A DNA stretch of 64,000 nt from an uncultured Chloroflexia bacterium (GTDB lineage Bacteria; Chloroflexota; Limnocylindria; Limnocylindrales; CSP1-4): positions 874,692 through 938,691 of the forward strand of contig CAVSXG010000002.1 of the NCBI GenBank assembly GCA_963731865.1, given 5' to 3'. The notes below the pieces were generated by a model, which worked only from the letters and a program-made list of their open reading frames with translations, had not been told where the DNA came from and searched no databases. Every line of letters begins with the position of its first letter. The first letter of the stretch is position 1. Of the stretch, positions 1 to 9,965 are shown one piece after another. Both the position numbers and the translations under genes were made by a program.

Positions 1-314
1 TGGATCGATGCGCCCAGCCGTTCGCCGGCCTCCACGAGCTCGATTGCCTCGTAGTGCTCGGTGCCCTCAGTCAGGGCGCGAGCAGCGAGGACGGTGCTCC
101 CACCGTCGGACGCGGGCTCCAGGGCGGCGCCACCGCGGACCACGACCGATGCCGAGATCAACGGCCGGCCGGGCAGGTCCGCCACAAGGATCGTGAGCCC
201 GTTCGGCAGGTGATCGATGGCGACGGCCGGGAAGTCGTACGAGCGCGGGGCTCCTGGTCGGGGTCGTTCGGTGACGACCGGGCTCTCGCGCAGTGGGTCG
301 GCGGTCGTGCTCAT
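1..314 (-). CDS. M16-family peptidase-like protein, N-terminal part only (runs off left edge)
   Basis: ATG at 314 overlaps the TGA of the upstream M16 gene (ATGA). My translation MSTTADPLRESPVVTERPRPGAPRSYDFPAVAIDHLPNGLTILVADLPGRPLISASVVVRGG fits the second member of paired M16 peptidase genes. Not in the ORF track because there is no stop in the window. Confidence 0.6.
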   Translation of the reverse strand, partial: MSTTADPLRESPVVTERPRPGAPRSYDFPAVAIDHLPNGLTILVADLPGRPLISASVVVRGGAALEPASDGGSTVLAARALTEGTEHYEAIELVEAGERLGASI

Positions 315-1657
315 GCCGCGACCTCCTCGTCCTCTTCCTTGTCCTCATCGCTGGGGAGGGCGACGTCGTCGGCGGTGGGCACCTCCGGCAGGTAGGTCAG
401 GACGAGGCGGTTGTCGACTCGAAAGACATCCCGGGCCGCGTCGCGGATCTGTTGCGGCGTCACCGCGAGGTAGCGCGGGAGCATCTCGTTGATCATCCCG
501 GGGTTGTCGAACAGGGTCGCGTACATCGACAGGCGATCCGCGCGTTCCTCGACGCGCTGGAGCGAGCCGAGCTCATCCGCCTCGGTCAGTGCCTTGGCCC
601 GGGCCAGCTCGTCATCGCTGACGGGCTCCCGGGTCAGACGCGCGAGCTCCTCGTGGAACGCGGCCTCGACCCGGCCGACGTCGACGCCCGGCCGGACGGT
701 CACCCAGCCCGCGCAGATCGACGCTCCGCCGATGAACCCCAGGGTGAACAGGGCGACATCCTGGGCAATCCGCTCCTCGCGGACCAGGCGACGATTGAGC
801 CGGCTGCCCTTGCCGCCGGCCAGGATCTGACCCGCCAGGTCGAGCGCGTCCAGCCGTGGATCGCCAAAGACCGGGGCACGGAACCCGACGTGAATGCGCG
901 GCAGTGGCACGCGATCGAACACGGTTTCACGGCGCTCCCCGCCGAGCGTCGGCGGCAGCGACAGGTCGCCGAGCGCGGGGATCGACGGATTCGCCGGGAT
1001 ACGGCCGAAGTAGCGCTCCGCCGCGGCGAGGACCTCGTCAGTGTCGACGTCGCCGACCACGCTCAGGACCGCATTGTTCGGGGCGTACCAGGTTCGGAAG
1101 AACGCGCTGACGTCCTCGAGCGAGGCGGCGTCCAGGTCGTCCATCGACCCGATCGTCGAGTGGTGGTAGGGGTGCTCGGCCGGGTACAGGTGGGCCTGGA
1201 GCTTCTCCTGCCACGATCCGTACGGCCGGTTGTCATACGACCAGCGCTTCTCGTTCTTGACCACCTCGCGCTGGTTGTCGAGGTTCTCCTGGCTCAGGGC
1301 ATCAAGGAGCGTTGCCATCCGGTCAGCCTCGAGCCACAGCCCGAGCTCGAGCTGATGCGCGGGGAGCGTCTCGAAGTAGTTGGTCCGATCCAGCCAGGTG
1401 GACCCATTCATCGTCCCACCGGCCGCCTGGATGAGCGCGACGTGTTCGGCCTTGGCGACGTGGCGCGAGCCCTGGAACATGACGTGCTCGAACAGGTGCG
1501 CGAACCCTGTCTTGCCCGGGACCTCGTGCTTGGATCCGACGTTGTACCAGACGTTCACCGCCACGACCGGCGCCAGGTGGTCCTCGGCGACGATGACGCG
1601 AAGACCGTTGGCGAGGTGCTGGTCGCTGAAGACGACCTCCGGAACGGACGTTGGCAC
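311..1657 (-). CDS. M16 (pitrilysin/insulinase) family zinc peptidase
   Basis: 448-aa ORF with the inverted zinc motif HLFEHVMFQG (HxxEH) near the N-terminus and typical M16 fold-length. Confidence 0.9.
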   Translation of the reverse strand: MPTSVPEVVFSDQHLANGLRVIVAEDHLAPVVAVNVWYNVGSKHEVPGKTGFAHLFEHVMFQGSRHVAKAEHVALIQAAGGTMNGSTWLDRTNYFETLPAHQLELGLWLEADRMATLLDALSQENLDNQREVVKNEKRWSYDNRPYGSWQEKLQAHLYPAEHPYHHSTIGSMDDLDAASLEDVSAFFRTWYAPNNAVLSVVGDVDTDEVLAAAERYFGRIPANPSIPALGDLSLPPTLGGERRETVFDRVPLPRIHVGFRAPVFGDPRLDALDLAGQILAGGKGSRLNRRLVREERIAQDVALFTLGFIGGASICAGWVTVRPGVDVGRVEAAFHEELARLTREPVSDDELARAKALTEADELGSLQRVEERADRLSMYATLFDNPGMINEMLPRYLAVTPQQIRDAARDVFRVDNRLVLTYLPEVPTADDVALPSDEDKEEDEEVAA

Positions 1658-1842
1658 GTGTGACCTCGGGGTTCGGCGGCGTCGGCCGCGGGTCAGTCAG
1701 GACTGGAGAGGATCGTAACGCGTGCGCCAGAACCGGGGCGGGCACGGGGCGCCCGGTTGCCTCTGGCCGCACGGCACGGCCCCAGTGCTCGGCGCGTTCA
1801 AGGGGCCTTTCGTACACTGCGCCCGTGGATACCCAACCTCGC

Positions 1843-2451
1843 ATGCCATGGCGCATCGGAGGCCTTCTGCTCGGCCTGATCATCGCGTTGTCTGTGCCCG
1901 TGGCCGTCCTCGGACACGCGGAGCTCGATACGTCCATACCCGCTGCCGGCTCGACCGTCGAGTCGCCATTTGACGGGCCGATCGTGCTGACCTTCACCGA
2001 ACCGCTCAGCGACGGCAGCGAAGCTGACCTCATCGGTCCGGGCAACGCCACGGTCGCCAGCGCGGACGTGGACGAACCGGACGCGACCATGACGTTCCGC
2101 CTGACCGAACCCCTCGATCCGGGCGTCTACGAGGTCAGGTGGACGACCCTGGCCGATGACGGGCATGTTGAACGCGGCACCTTCGAGTTCACCGTGGCTC
2201 CGGCACCGCCCACCCCGGAACCAACCCCTGAACCAACCCCGACCGCCACGGCCACCCCGAGCGCGGCTCCCGAGACGCCGGCACCGCCAACCGAGGCCCC
2301 GACTGCGGCAGCGACGCCGTCGCCGACCGTCGATGGCGGTGCGACGGGCGGGACGGGCGATGTCATCCTGCCGATCATCGTGGCGCTCCTTCTCGTCGGA
2401 GCCGGCGGCGCCTACCTGCTCACGCGCCGCAACCGGCCGATCCAGCCCTGA
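1843..2451 (+). CDS. copC: CopC-domain copper-binding protein with Pro/Thr-rich linker and C-terminal TM anchor
   Basis: ATG at 1843 gives signal peptide MPWRIGGLLLGLIIALSVPVAVLG, then mature HAELDTSIPAAGS...YEVRWTTLADDGHVERGTFEFTV (CopC signature). Followed by a PTPEPTPEPTPT linker and a hydrophobic tail. Confidence 0.85.
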   Translation: MPWRIGGLLLGLIIALSVPVAVLGHAELDTSIPAAGSTVESPFDGPIVLTFTEPLSDGSEADLIGPGNATVASADVDEPDATMTFRLTEPLDPGVYEVRWTTLADDGHVERGTFEFTVAPAPPTPEPTPEPTPTATATPSAAPETPAPPTEAPTAAATPSPTVDGGATGGTGDVILPIIVALLLVGAGGAYLLTRRNRPIQP

Positions 2452-3812
2452 TGCGCCTCGCCCGGCGGGAACGGCTCGGAGCGGCGTTCGGCGCCGCCAT
2501 CGGATACGCCTTCCTCGTGCCGATGAGCGTTGCGGCCCACAGCCTCAATGCCACCTACGAGAGCCGGCTGCCGCTCGCCGTCTACCTGGCCGGGGCGGCA
2601 CTTACGGTGGCCCTCTCGTTTGCGTTCGTGATCACGCGCGACGTGCGCGCGGCGTCGCCGGCGGCGGAGGCTTCCGGGTCGTTGCCACCGGCGGTGATCC
2701 GGCGCGGGCTCCAGGCGCTCGGCCTCCTGGCCTGGGTCTGGATCATCGCCCAGGGCCTTGCCGGCGGCTCGAGCGACGGCGACGTCTCCACCCTGTTCCT
2801 TTGGGTCTATGGCTGGGTCGGAGTCGCCATCCTGTCCGCGATCGTTGGGCCGATCTGGCAGTTCCTCGACCCGTTCTCGACGATCCATGACATCGGTGCA
2901 GGGGTCATGCGTCGGCTCGGCGTCGCGGGCTGGGATCCGGCGGAGTACCCCGCCGGCCTTGGTCGTTGGCCCGCGGCCATCGGCTTCGGGTTCTTCGTCT
3001 GGCTCGAGCTGGTCCTGTTCGCGGGTCCCGGAACGCTGTTCGTGGTCATCGTCGGGTACACCGCGTTCACCCTCGCGATGATGGCCCAGTTCGGGCGCGA
3101 CACGTGGCGCTCGCAGGGCGAGACCTTCACCGTCTGGTTCCGGCTGCTCGGGCGGATCGCACCGTACGCGCTCGTCGACGAGGACGGGCGCGTCCGGCGG
3201 CGCTCATTCGCGAGCGGCTTGCTCGAGCGCGGCTGGAGTTGGGCGGATGTGACCCTGGTCGGCTTCGCCGTGGCGTCCATCCTGTTCGACGGGCTGTCAC
3301 AGACCCAGCTGTTCTTCGACCTGTTTGGTGCTCCGGACCTGCCGATCAGGACGATCCTGCTCGTCGGATTCCTGGGGATCATCGTCGCGGCAGCATGGGC
3401 GGTCGCCCGGATGATCGGGCTCGCCGCGACCGGCGCCGGGCTCCTGCCGATCGCCGTCGGCTATCTGATCGCGCACTACTTCACGTACCTGCTGATCGAC
3501 GGCCAGCGGATCCTCGTCGCCATCTCGGACCCGTTCCAGCGTGGCTGGGACCTCTTCGGGACCGCCTTCCACGTGCCAACCGGCGACTTCCTGCCACCCG
3601 GTCTGGTGTGGACCATCCAGCTTGCGGCGGTCGTCGGCGGGCACATGCTCGGGGCGTGGGGCGGTCATGTCGTGGCCGCCGAAGAGGCGCCGCCCGGACT
3701 GGACGCCGCCGGGCTCCGGTTGCGCCAGCTGCCCCTTGCCGTGGTGATGGTCGGCCTCACGACCCTGACGTTGTGGTCGCTCGGCCAGGCGATCGTCGTC
3801 ACGCCGACCTGA
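2451..3812 (+). CDS. polytopic integral membrane protein of unknown family, coupled to copC
   Basis: 453-aa ORF whose ATG shares the A of the copC TGA (TGATG). Roughly 10-12 hydrophobic segments by eye. N-terminus MSVAAHSLNATYE looks like a signal peptide followed by His. I see no CopD signature. Confidence 0.6.
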   Translation: MRLARRERLGAAFGAAIGYAFLVPMSVAAHSLNATYESRLPLAVYLAGAALTVALSFAFVITRDVRAASPAAEASGSLPPAVIRRGLQALGLLAWVWIIAQGLAGGSSDGDVSTLFLWVYGWVGVAILSAIVGPIWQFLDPFSTIHDIGAGVMRRLGVAGWDPAEYPAGLGRWPAAIGFGFFVWLELVLFAGPGTLFVVIVGYTAFTLAMMAQFGRDTWRSQGETFTVWFRLLGRIAPYALVDEDGRVRRRSFASGLLERGWSWADVTLVGFAVASILFDGLSQTQLFFDLFGAPDLPIRTILLVGFLGIIVAAAWAVARMIGLAATGAGLLPIAVGYLIAHYFTYLLIDGQRILVAISDPFQRGWDLFGTAFHVPTGDFLPPGLVWTIQLAAVVGGHMLGAWGGHVVAAEEAPPGLDAAGLRLRQLPLAVVMVGLTTLTLWSLGQAIVVTPT

Positions 3813-3843
3813 CCAGACGACGAGTTCGAGCTGACGAGCCCGG

Positions 3844-6800
3844 TCAGACCGGGACGACCACCCCGCGCGGCACCCACTCGTCGAGTGAGCGGACCTCGGA
3901 GAGCTGGCCGGCGATGGCCGGATCAAGGGCCTCGGCGGCAGCGACCGCGGTCTCCATGGCGGTCAGGCACAGGATTCCCTCGGCCGTCGCGGCGTGGCGG
4001 ATCTCCGCGGCGTCGCGTACCGCACCGGATCGCGGGGTCGGGGTGTTGACCACGAGGCGCACCTCGCCGGTGGCGATCAGGTCGAGGATGGGGACCTCCT
4101 CGAGCCCCGCCTGTGGCGTCTCACCGAGCTTGGCGACGGGGCGCGCCTCGTATCCGGCTGCCGCGAGGGCGGCGCGCGTGCCCGGCGTGGCCGCCAGGCG
4201 GTAGCCCGCATTCGCGAGGGCGGCCGCGAGTCTCGGCAGGAGGGCCTTGTCGCGGTCCGCGATCGAGAGCAGGGCCAACGCGCCGCCCTCTCCGGCTCGC
4301 GGCGGCACGAGCGCTGCCCCAAGCAGCGCCTTGGCCAGGGCGACACGGCGATCGGTGTGGATCCCGATCACCTCGCCAGTTGACTGCATCCCCGGCCCGA
4401 CGGACGGGTCCACGCCGCGCAGCTTTGCCGTCGAGAATGCCGGCGCCTTCACCGCCACGAACGGCGGCGGCGGCAGGAGTCCTCCAGTCCAACCGAGCTC
4501 GCCAAGCGTCGCGCCGAGCGAGATCCGGACCGCCAGCTCGACCATCGGCACGCCGGTCACCTTGGACATGAACGGGACGGTCCGGGAGGCGCGGGGGTTG
4601 ACCTCGATCAGGTAGACCCCGTCGTCGCGGACGATGAACTGGGCGTTGACGAGGCCCGTCGCGCCGAGGGCAAGCACGATCCGCTCCATCGTGGCGACGA
4701 TCAGCTCCTGGTCGCCGGTCGAGACGGTCTGGGGCGGGAACATCCCCACCGAATCACCGCTGTGGACGCCTGCCCGCTCGACGTGTTCGAGCAATCCCGG
4801 GATCAGGACATCGCGGCCGTCGGACACGGCGTCGACGTCCACCTCGACACCCTCGAGGTATCGGTCGATGCGGACCGGTCGATCGGGATCGACGACAGTC
4901 GCCGCGGCGAGCTGCCGCGCGAGGTCCTCGGGCGAGTAGCAAAAGTCGATCGCCAGCCCGCCGATCACGAACGACGGCCGCACGATGACCGGGTAGCCGA
5001 TCCGATCGGCGAGCGTCAGTGCCTCCTCGACGCTGTGCGCCATCCCGCCCTCGGGCTGCGGGATGCCCAGGCGGTCCAGCAGCGCCGAGAAGCGAACGCG
5101 CTCCTCGGCCTGGTCGATCGCCTCGAGGTCCGATCCCAGGAGCGAGACGCCGCCATCGGTCAGCGGCCCGGCCAGGTTGAGCGGCGTCTGGCCACCGTAG
5201 GCGACGACGGCTGGCAGGAGCGTTTCGCCGTCGGGCGTCTCCGCATCGATGACGCTGCGAACGCTCTCCGGGTCGAGCGGCTCGAAGTAGAGCCGCGAGG
5301 ATGCATCGAAGTCCGTCGAGACCGTCTCCGGGTTCGAATTGATCATGACCGCCTGCCAGCCCGCCACGCGGAGCGCCTCGGCCGCCTGGACGGCGCAGTA
5401 GTCGAACTCGATCCCCTGCCCGATCCGGACCGGGCCCGATCCGATGACGAGCGCGGCCGGTCGCGCGACCGGTAGCGCCTCGGGCACGGACCCCGCCGCG
5501 GCGTAGGTCGAATAGAAGTACGGGGTCTCGGCCGCGAACTCGGCCGCGCACGTGTCGACCATCGCGTAGCCCGGCCGGATCCCGAGCGCCAGCCGAGTCG
5601 CCCTGACCGCGTCGGCCGTCGTCCCCGACAGGCCGGCGAGCTCCTTGTCGCCAAACCCGGCTCGTTTGACCGTGGCCAGCAATTCGGCGGCCGATGCGTC
5701 CGCCGCGTCGGTCAGCCGGAGACCCATGGCGCGGGTCTCGGCCTCGAGCGCCACGTTCCGACCCATCTCGGCCAGGAACCACGACGCGATCCCGGTCACG
5801 CCGCCGATGACCGCCTCGGGCACCCCACGACGCATCAGTCCCAGGATCCGCCACAGCCGGCTGTCGGACGGTTCGACGAACCGGCGGAGCACGATCGGAG
5901 CGCCGCTTCGCTGGGCGAACCGGGTCGACTCGCAGGCCTGGCCGCGTTCGTCGACCCAGCGGATCGGTTCGTCGGCGTCGGGATCGCCGGCGTACACCGC
6001 GGCCAGGTAGTCGAACGTGGCTGTCCAGCCCGGGTCCTCGGCAAGCGGCCCGACCCCTGCCTGTTCGAGGCCGCGAAGCGCCTTGTTGAGCGCCGACCCA
6101 AAGGTCCGGTCGATGGCCATCACCTCGCCGGTCGCCTTCATCTGGCTGCCCAGCGTTCGGTCGGCGCCAGGGAACTTGTCGAACGGGAAGCGCGGCAGCT
6201 TGACCACGACGTAGTCGAGCGCGGGCTCGAACGCCGCAACGGTCGTGCCCGTGACGACGTTGGGGATCTCGGCCAGGCGCCGCCCGACGGCGATCTGGGC
6301 GGCGACCCGAGCGATCGGGTAGCCCGTGGCCTTCGACGCGAGCGCAGACGAGCGCGAGACGCGCGGATTGACCTCGATCACCGCGTACTCGGTCGAGTCC
6401 GGCGACAGCGCGAACTGGACGTTGCAGCCGCCCTCGACGCCGAGCGCCCGGATGATCGCCAGTGAAGCGCTCCGTAATCGCTGGTGCACGGCGTCGGTCA
6501 GGGTCTGGACCGGCGCGACCACGATCGAGTCGCCGGTGTGGACGCCGAGCGGGTCGACGTTCTCCATCGAGCACACCGCGATGCACGTGTCGTCGGCGTC
6601 GCGCATGACCTCGTACTCGATCTCCTGCCAGCCAACGAGGCAGCGCTCGACCATGACCTGCCCGATCGGGCTCGCGCGCAGCCCCGCGCGGACGCGTTCG
6701 GCGTAGGCCGCCTCGGTCTCGACGATCCCGCCGCCGGTCCCACCCAGCGTGTATGCCGGCCGGACGATCGCGGGCAGCCCGATCGCTCTCGAGCGCCTCG

Positions 6801-7290
6801 CCGCGTCGAGCGTTCCCGGTCCTCCGGCGTGACGCCCTCGACGATCCACGACGGCGCATACGGCTGCCCGATCCGGTCGAGGAGGTCGCGGAATGCCTCG
6901 CGGTCCTCGGCCATCCGGATCGCCTCGAGCGGCGTGCCGAGCAGCCGGATCGCGTGCCGCTCGAAGACGCCTGCGTCGGCCATCGCGATGGCCAGGTTGA
7001 GCGCGGTCTGGCCGCCCAGCCCGGCCAGCAGTCCCTCAGGCCGCTCCTTGGCGATCACCGCCTCGACCGCGGCCACGGTCAGCGGCTCGAGGTAGATCGC
7101 GTCGGCGACGGAGGGGTCGGTCATGATCGTGGCCGGGTTCGAGTTGACCAGGATCGTGCGGATCCCTTCGGCCCGCAGGGCGCGGCAGGCCTGGGTCCCG
7201 GCGTAGTCGAACTCGGCCGCCTGGCCGATGACGACGGGTCCGGAACCGAGGATCAGGACCGAGGCCGGCTCGCGGCCCGGGTGGCGTCAT
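3844..7290 (-). pseudogene. carB: carbamoyl-phosphate synthase large subunit, reading frame broken at least twice (about 7270 and about 6810); may be assembly error
   Basis: 3844-6849 encodes a continuous CarB body (two ATP-grasp halves, MGS-like C-terminus). The N-terminal segment [49 protein letters not shown] is in another frame. That frame has a TGA at 7289-7287 and no in-frame start. The only ATG (7290, ATGA-coupled position) is in the third frame. Confidence 0.9.
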
Positions 7291-8442
7291 CCGCGCCCGC
7301 GGCCGCCGCCACGAACCGGTCGAACACCGCCAGCGCGTCGAGCGGACCGGGAGCGCCCTCGGGGTGGTACTGGACGGTTTCGATGGGCAGCTCGCGGTGG
7401 CGCAGGCCCTCGACCGAGCGGTCGTTGAGGTTGACCTGGCTGACCCGGAAGCCCGACGCCGCCGGCAGCGACTCGCCGACGACCTGGACCTCGTGGTTCT
7501 GGGCCGTCACCTGGACGAGCCCGAGCTCGAGGTCCTGGACGGGATGGTTGGCGCCGTGGTGTCCAAACCGGAGCCGCCTGGTGTCGGCGCCGGCGGCGCG
7601 GGCCACGATCTGGTGGCCCAGGCAGATCCCGAGCAGCGGCCGCCCGTCGTCGATGATCGCCGCGGCGAGCGCGACCTGGCGCTCGAGCCGGGCCGGGTCG
7701 CCCGGTCCTGGCGACAGGACCACGCCGTCGATGTCGGACGGCGAGGACGTCGGCCGGCTCGGCGTCGTGCGGGAAGACGCGGACGCTCGCCCCGCGGTGG
7801 CGCATCGCCCGGACGATGTTCGCCTTGAGCCCGAGGTCGACGATCCCGATCCGCGGACCGCCCGTCGCTCCGGGCAGGGCCGGGTACTCGGTGACGGCCG
7901 GCGGCGAGACCTGCCCGACGAAGTCCTGGTCCTCCCAGCGCGGAACGGCCCGGCGCGGCCGATCGCGCGGCCTCTCGTCGCGTCTCGCCCGGCGCCGTCA
8001 CGATCCCGCGCAGGCTGCCGTGGGTCCGCAGGTGCCGCGCGAGTGCGCGGGTGTCGACGCCGGCGATCGCCGGGATGCCGTTGTCGCGCAGGAGTGCGGC
8101 GAGCTGGCGGGCGCCATCGAGCACGGCCGCCGTGGCATTGGCCACGACAAGCGCCCGCAGCCACGGCCGGAGCGATTGGTCCTCGTCGAGCAGCCGCCCG
8201 TAGTTGCCGATCAGCGGATAGGTCATGACCACGATCTGGCCGGCATACGAGGGGTCCGTGCAGACCTCCTGGTAGCCGGTCTGGCTCGTGTTGACGACGA
8301 GGTCGCCGCCGGCCGCGACGGGCGCGCCGAACGCCACGCCGGGGAACACGGAGCCGTCCTCGAGTGCCAGCAACGCCGGTCCGAGGTCGCCGATCCGCGG
8401 GTCGACGACGGCCGAGGACCGCGGCGCGGGTGGGGCGATCAC
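7253..8442 (-). pseudogene. carA: carbamoyl-phosphate synthase small (glutaminase) subunit, spread over three frames; may be assembly error
   Basis: N-terminal part LLALEDGSVFPGVAFGAP...TSQTGYQEVCTDPSYAGQIVVMTYPLIGNYG is in frame A (to about 7980). RWEDQDFVGQVSPPAVTEYPALPGATGGPRIGIVDLGLKANIVRAMRHRGASVRVFPHDAEPADVLA is in frame C (about 7950-7745). DIDGVVLSPGPGDP...LLGICLGHQIV...VQYHPEGAPGP is in frame B. Start could be GTG 8442 or TTG 8373. Confidence 0.9.
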
Positions 8443-8544
8443 GCGGGCAACGCGAGGCCCGGTACGCGATCGGTGGGAAGGGCCGCACCGTGGGCGCGGG
8501 CGCGGCGGAACGCTCCGCCGATTGGCCGTGGCACGGTCGATCAG

Positions 8545-8594
8545 CCTCCTTCCCGGCCTCACGGGACCGGTACGCCGGCCTCACAGGACCGGCC
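8545..8594 (-). promoter_or_regulatory. tandem near-identical stem-loops abutting a strong SD in the carA leader (PyrR-binding-loop-like)
   Basis: Minus strand reads GGCCGGUCCUGUGAGGCCGGC-GUA-CCGGUCCCGUGAGGCCGG-GAAGGAGG. Two hairpins share the stem CCGGUC/GGCCGG, with loops CUGUGA and CCGUGA. The 3' arm of the second runs into GGAAGGAGG. Confidence 0.45.
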
Positions 8595-8743
8595 ATAAAG
8601 GACGGCTTCAGGGTACTCGATCGCGGGGCCGCGCGACCCGCGCTTCGCTGTTCCGCTCGCCCGGATCCGTCGTTGATGCGTCGGGGCACCACTTGGTTGA
8701 TCTTCGACTGGCTGGCCCGTCCGTCGTCGGGTAGGGTCGACGC

Positions 8744-9650
8744 ATGTATCGGACTTCCCGCCGCCCCGTTCGGCGCGCTCGTCGTGCGCTGCTGATCCTG
8801 ACCGTCGCAACCGTGATCGCGACCCTTGCAGCCCCGACGGCATCGGCCGTCTCGGTCCGGCGCACCTGGCGCGCACAGCTAGGCGGCAACGGCGCAAACG
8901 GCACGGCGACGCTGACCGGATACTGGACCGGCAATGGCGCGATGACCCTGAAGCTTGTCGGTCTCAGGCCATCAACCACCTATCCCGTCATCGCCTACCA
9001 CGGCTCGTGCGCGAAGCCCACCCTGATCACGAGACTGCCCGGCGCCGTCACCGATGCCAGCGGTGTCGGTGACGAAGACCTCGGCCGTCTCGACCAGGAT
9101 CATGAACTCGATCTGGCGCTACGGGCGGACGGCAGCGTTCTCGATCAAGGTCGGGACGGGCTCGCTCGCCCGATGCGGCGCGCTCACCTTTGCGGTGGCG
9201 ACGCGGATCGCCATTCCCGGTCTCAAGATCGACCTGCCCGTGATCCGGCCCGGCTCCGGCTACCCGCCATGCAACGTGGCGATGTATATCCAGGAGCTCT
9301 CACAACCGCGCGAGGCGGGCGTCACGTTGATCTATGCCCACGCCCGCAAGGGCATGTTTCTGCCGCTCCTCGAACGGTCGCGGGTCAACAACGGTGCGAG
9401 CCTGATCGGGGCCACGGTCAAGGTGTGGACGAGCAACAACATCGTGTCGACGTACCAGATCACCAGGGTGCGGCGACACGTCACCTCGCTGGACGGCGTG
9501 TTCGACATCGGTGCGGAGCAACTCTGGATCCAGACCTCCGAGGGCCCGCGCGGCACCGTCGCCAAGCTGATCGTGGTCGCGAAACGGATCGGATATGCCG
9601 CCGCGGACCACGCGTCGGCCCACCCGGTCGCCCACCCGGTGGCCTGCTGA
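8744..9650 (+). pseudogene. secreted two-domain protein (beta-sandwich-like N-domain plus sortase-fold-like C-domain), one frame break near 9055-9066
   Basis: Frame 1 gives signal peptide MYRTSRRPVRRARRALLILTVATVIATLAAPTASA and a plausible domain up to LPGAVTDASG. Coding quality then switches to the frame of ORF 9054-9650 (VSVTKTSAVSTRIMNSIW...IAIPGLKIDLPVI...LIYAHARKGMF...LWIQTSEGP...VVAKRIG). Frame 1 becomes Arg-rich junk. Confidence 0.7.
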
Positions 9651-9674
9651 GGCGGGTCCGGGTCCGGTCCTGAA

Positions 9675-9965
9675 TCAGCCTCCGTATACCTGCCCGTCGG
9701 CGGCGGCACCCATGTCGCGCTTGGTCGCACCTTGTCCGGTCGCACTCTCTCGGGCGATCCAGATCCAGGCATCTTTCCAGTAGGTGGTCGAGCTCCGGCT
9801 CCGATGCAGTCGGGTGGCTTCGCCCTCCCACCGTGACATCAGGGTTTCCGCGCGAGCCTTGTCGCAGCGTCCGTCGTCGACGAGGTGGCGGAGGAAACGC
9901 GCGCGTTGACGCTGGTATGCGGAATCACGAGCCGAAATCGAAGATGCCAGCATCCTGCACCTCAA
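9675..9965 (-). CDS. hypothetical small protein (96 aa)
   Basis: ORF overlapping the stop of the upstream small ORF by 4 nt. Composition is protein-like. No family recognised. Confidence 0.45.
   Translation of the reverse strand: MRCRMLASSISARDSAYQRQRARFLRHLVDDGRCDKARAETLMSRWEGEATRLHRSRSSTTYWKDAWIWIARESATGQGATKRDMGAAADGQVYGG

Noticed and set aside
1658-1842. CsoR/CopY-type copper operator in the divergent M16/copC promoter region
   Set aside because: Only a half-site-like GGATACCC is present. There is no inverted-repeat partner, and no regulator gene in the window.
2200-2340. Apparent tandem repeat (CCAACCCCTGAACCAACCCCGACC...)
   Set aside because: It is in frame within copC and encodes a PTPEPTPEPTPTATATPS low-complexity linker. 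It is not a non-coding repeat or a CRISPR-like array.
7253-7290. Programmed ribosomal frameshifting as an explanation for the carA/carB and other frame breaks
   Set aside because: There are too many breaks, in unrelated genes, in both +1 and -1 senses. The junctions I inspected have no shared slippery heptamer or downstream structure.
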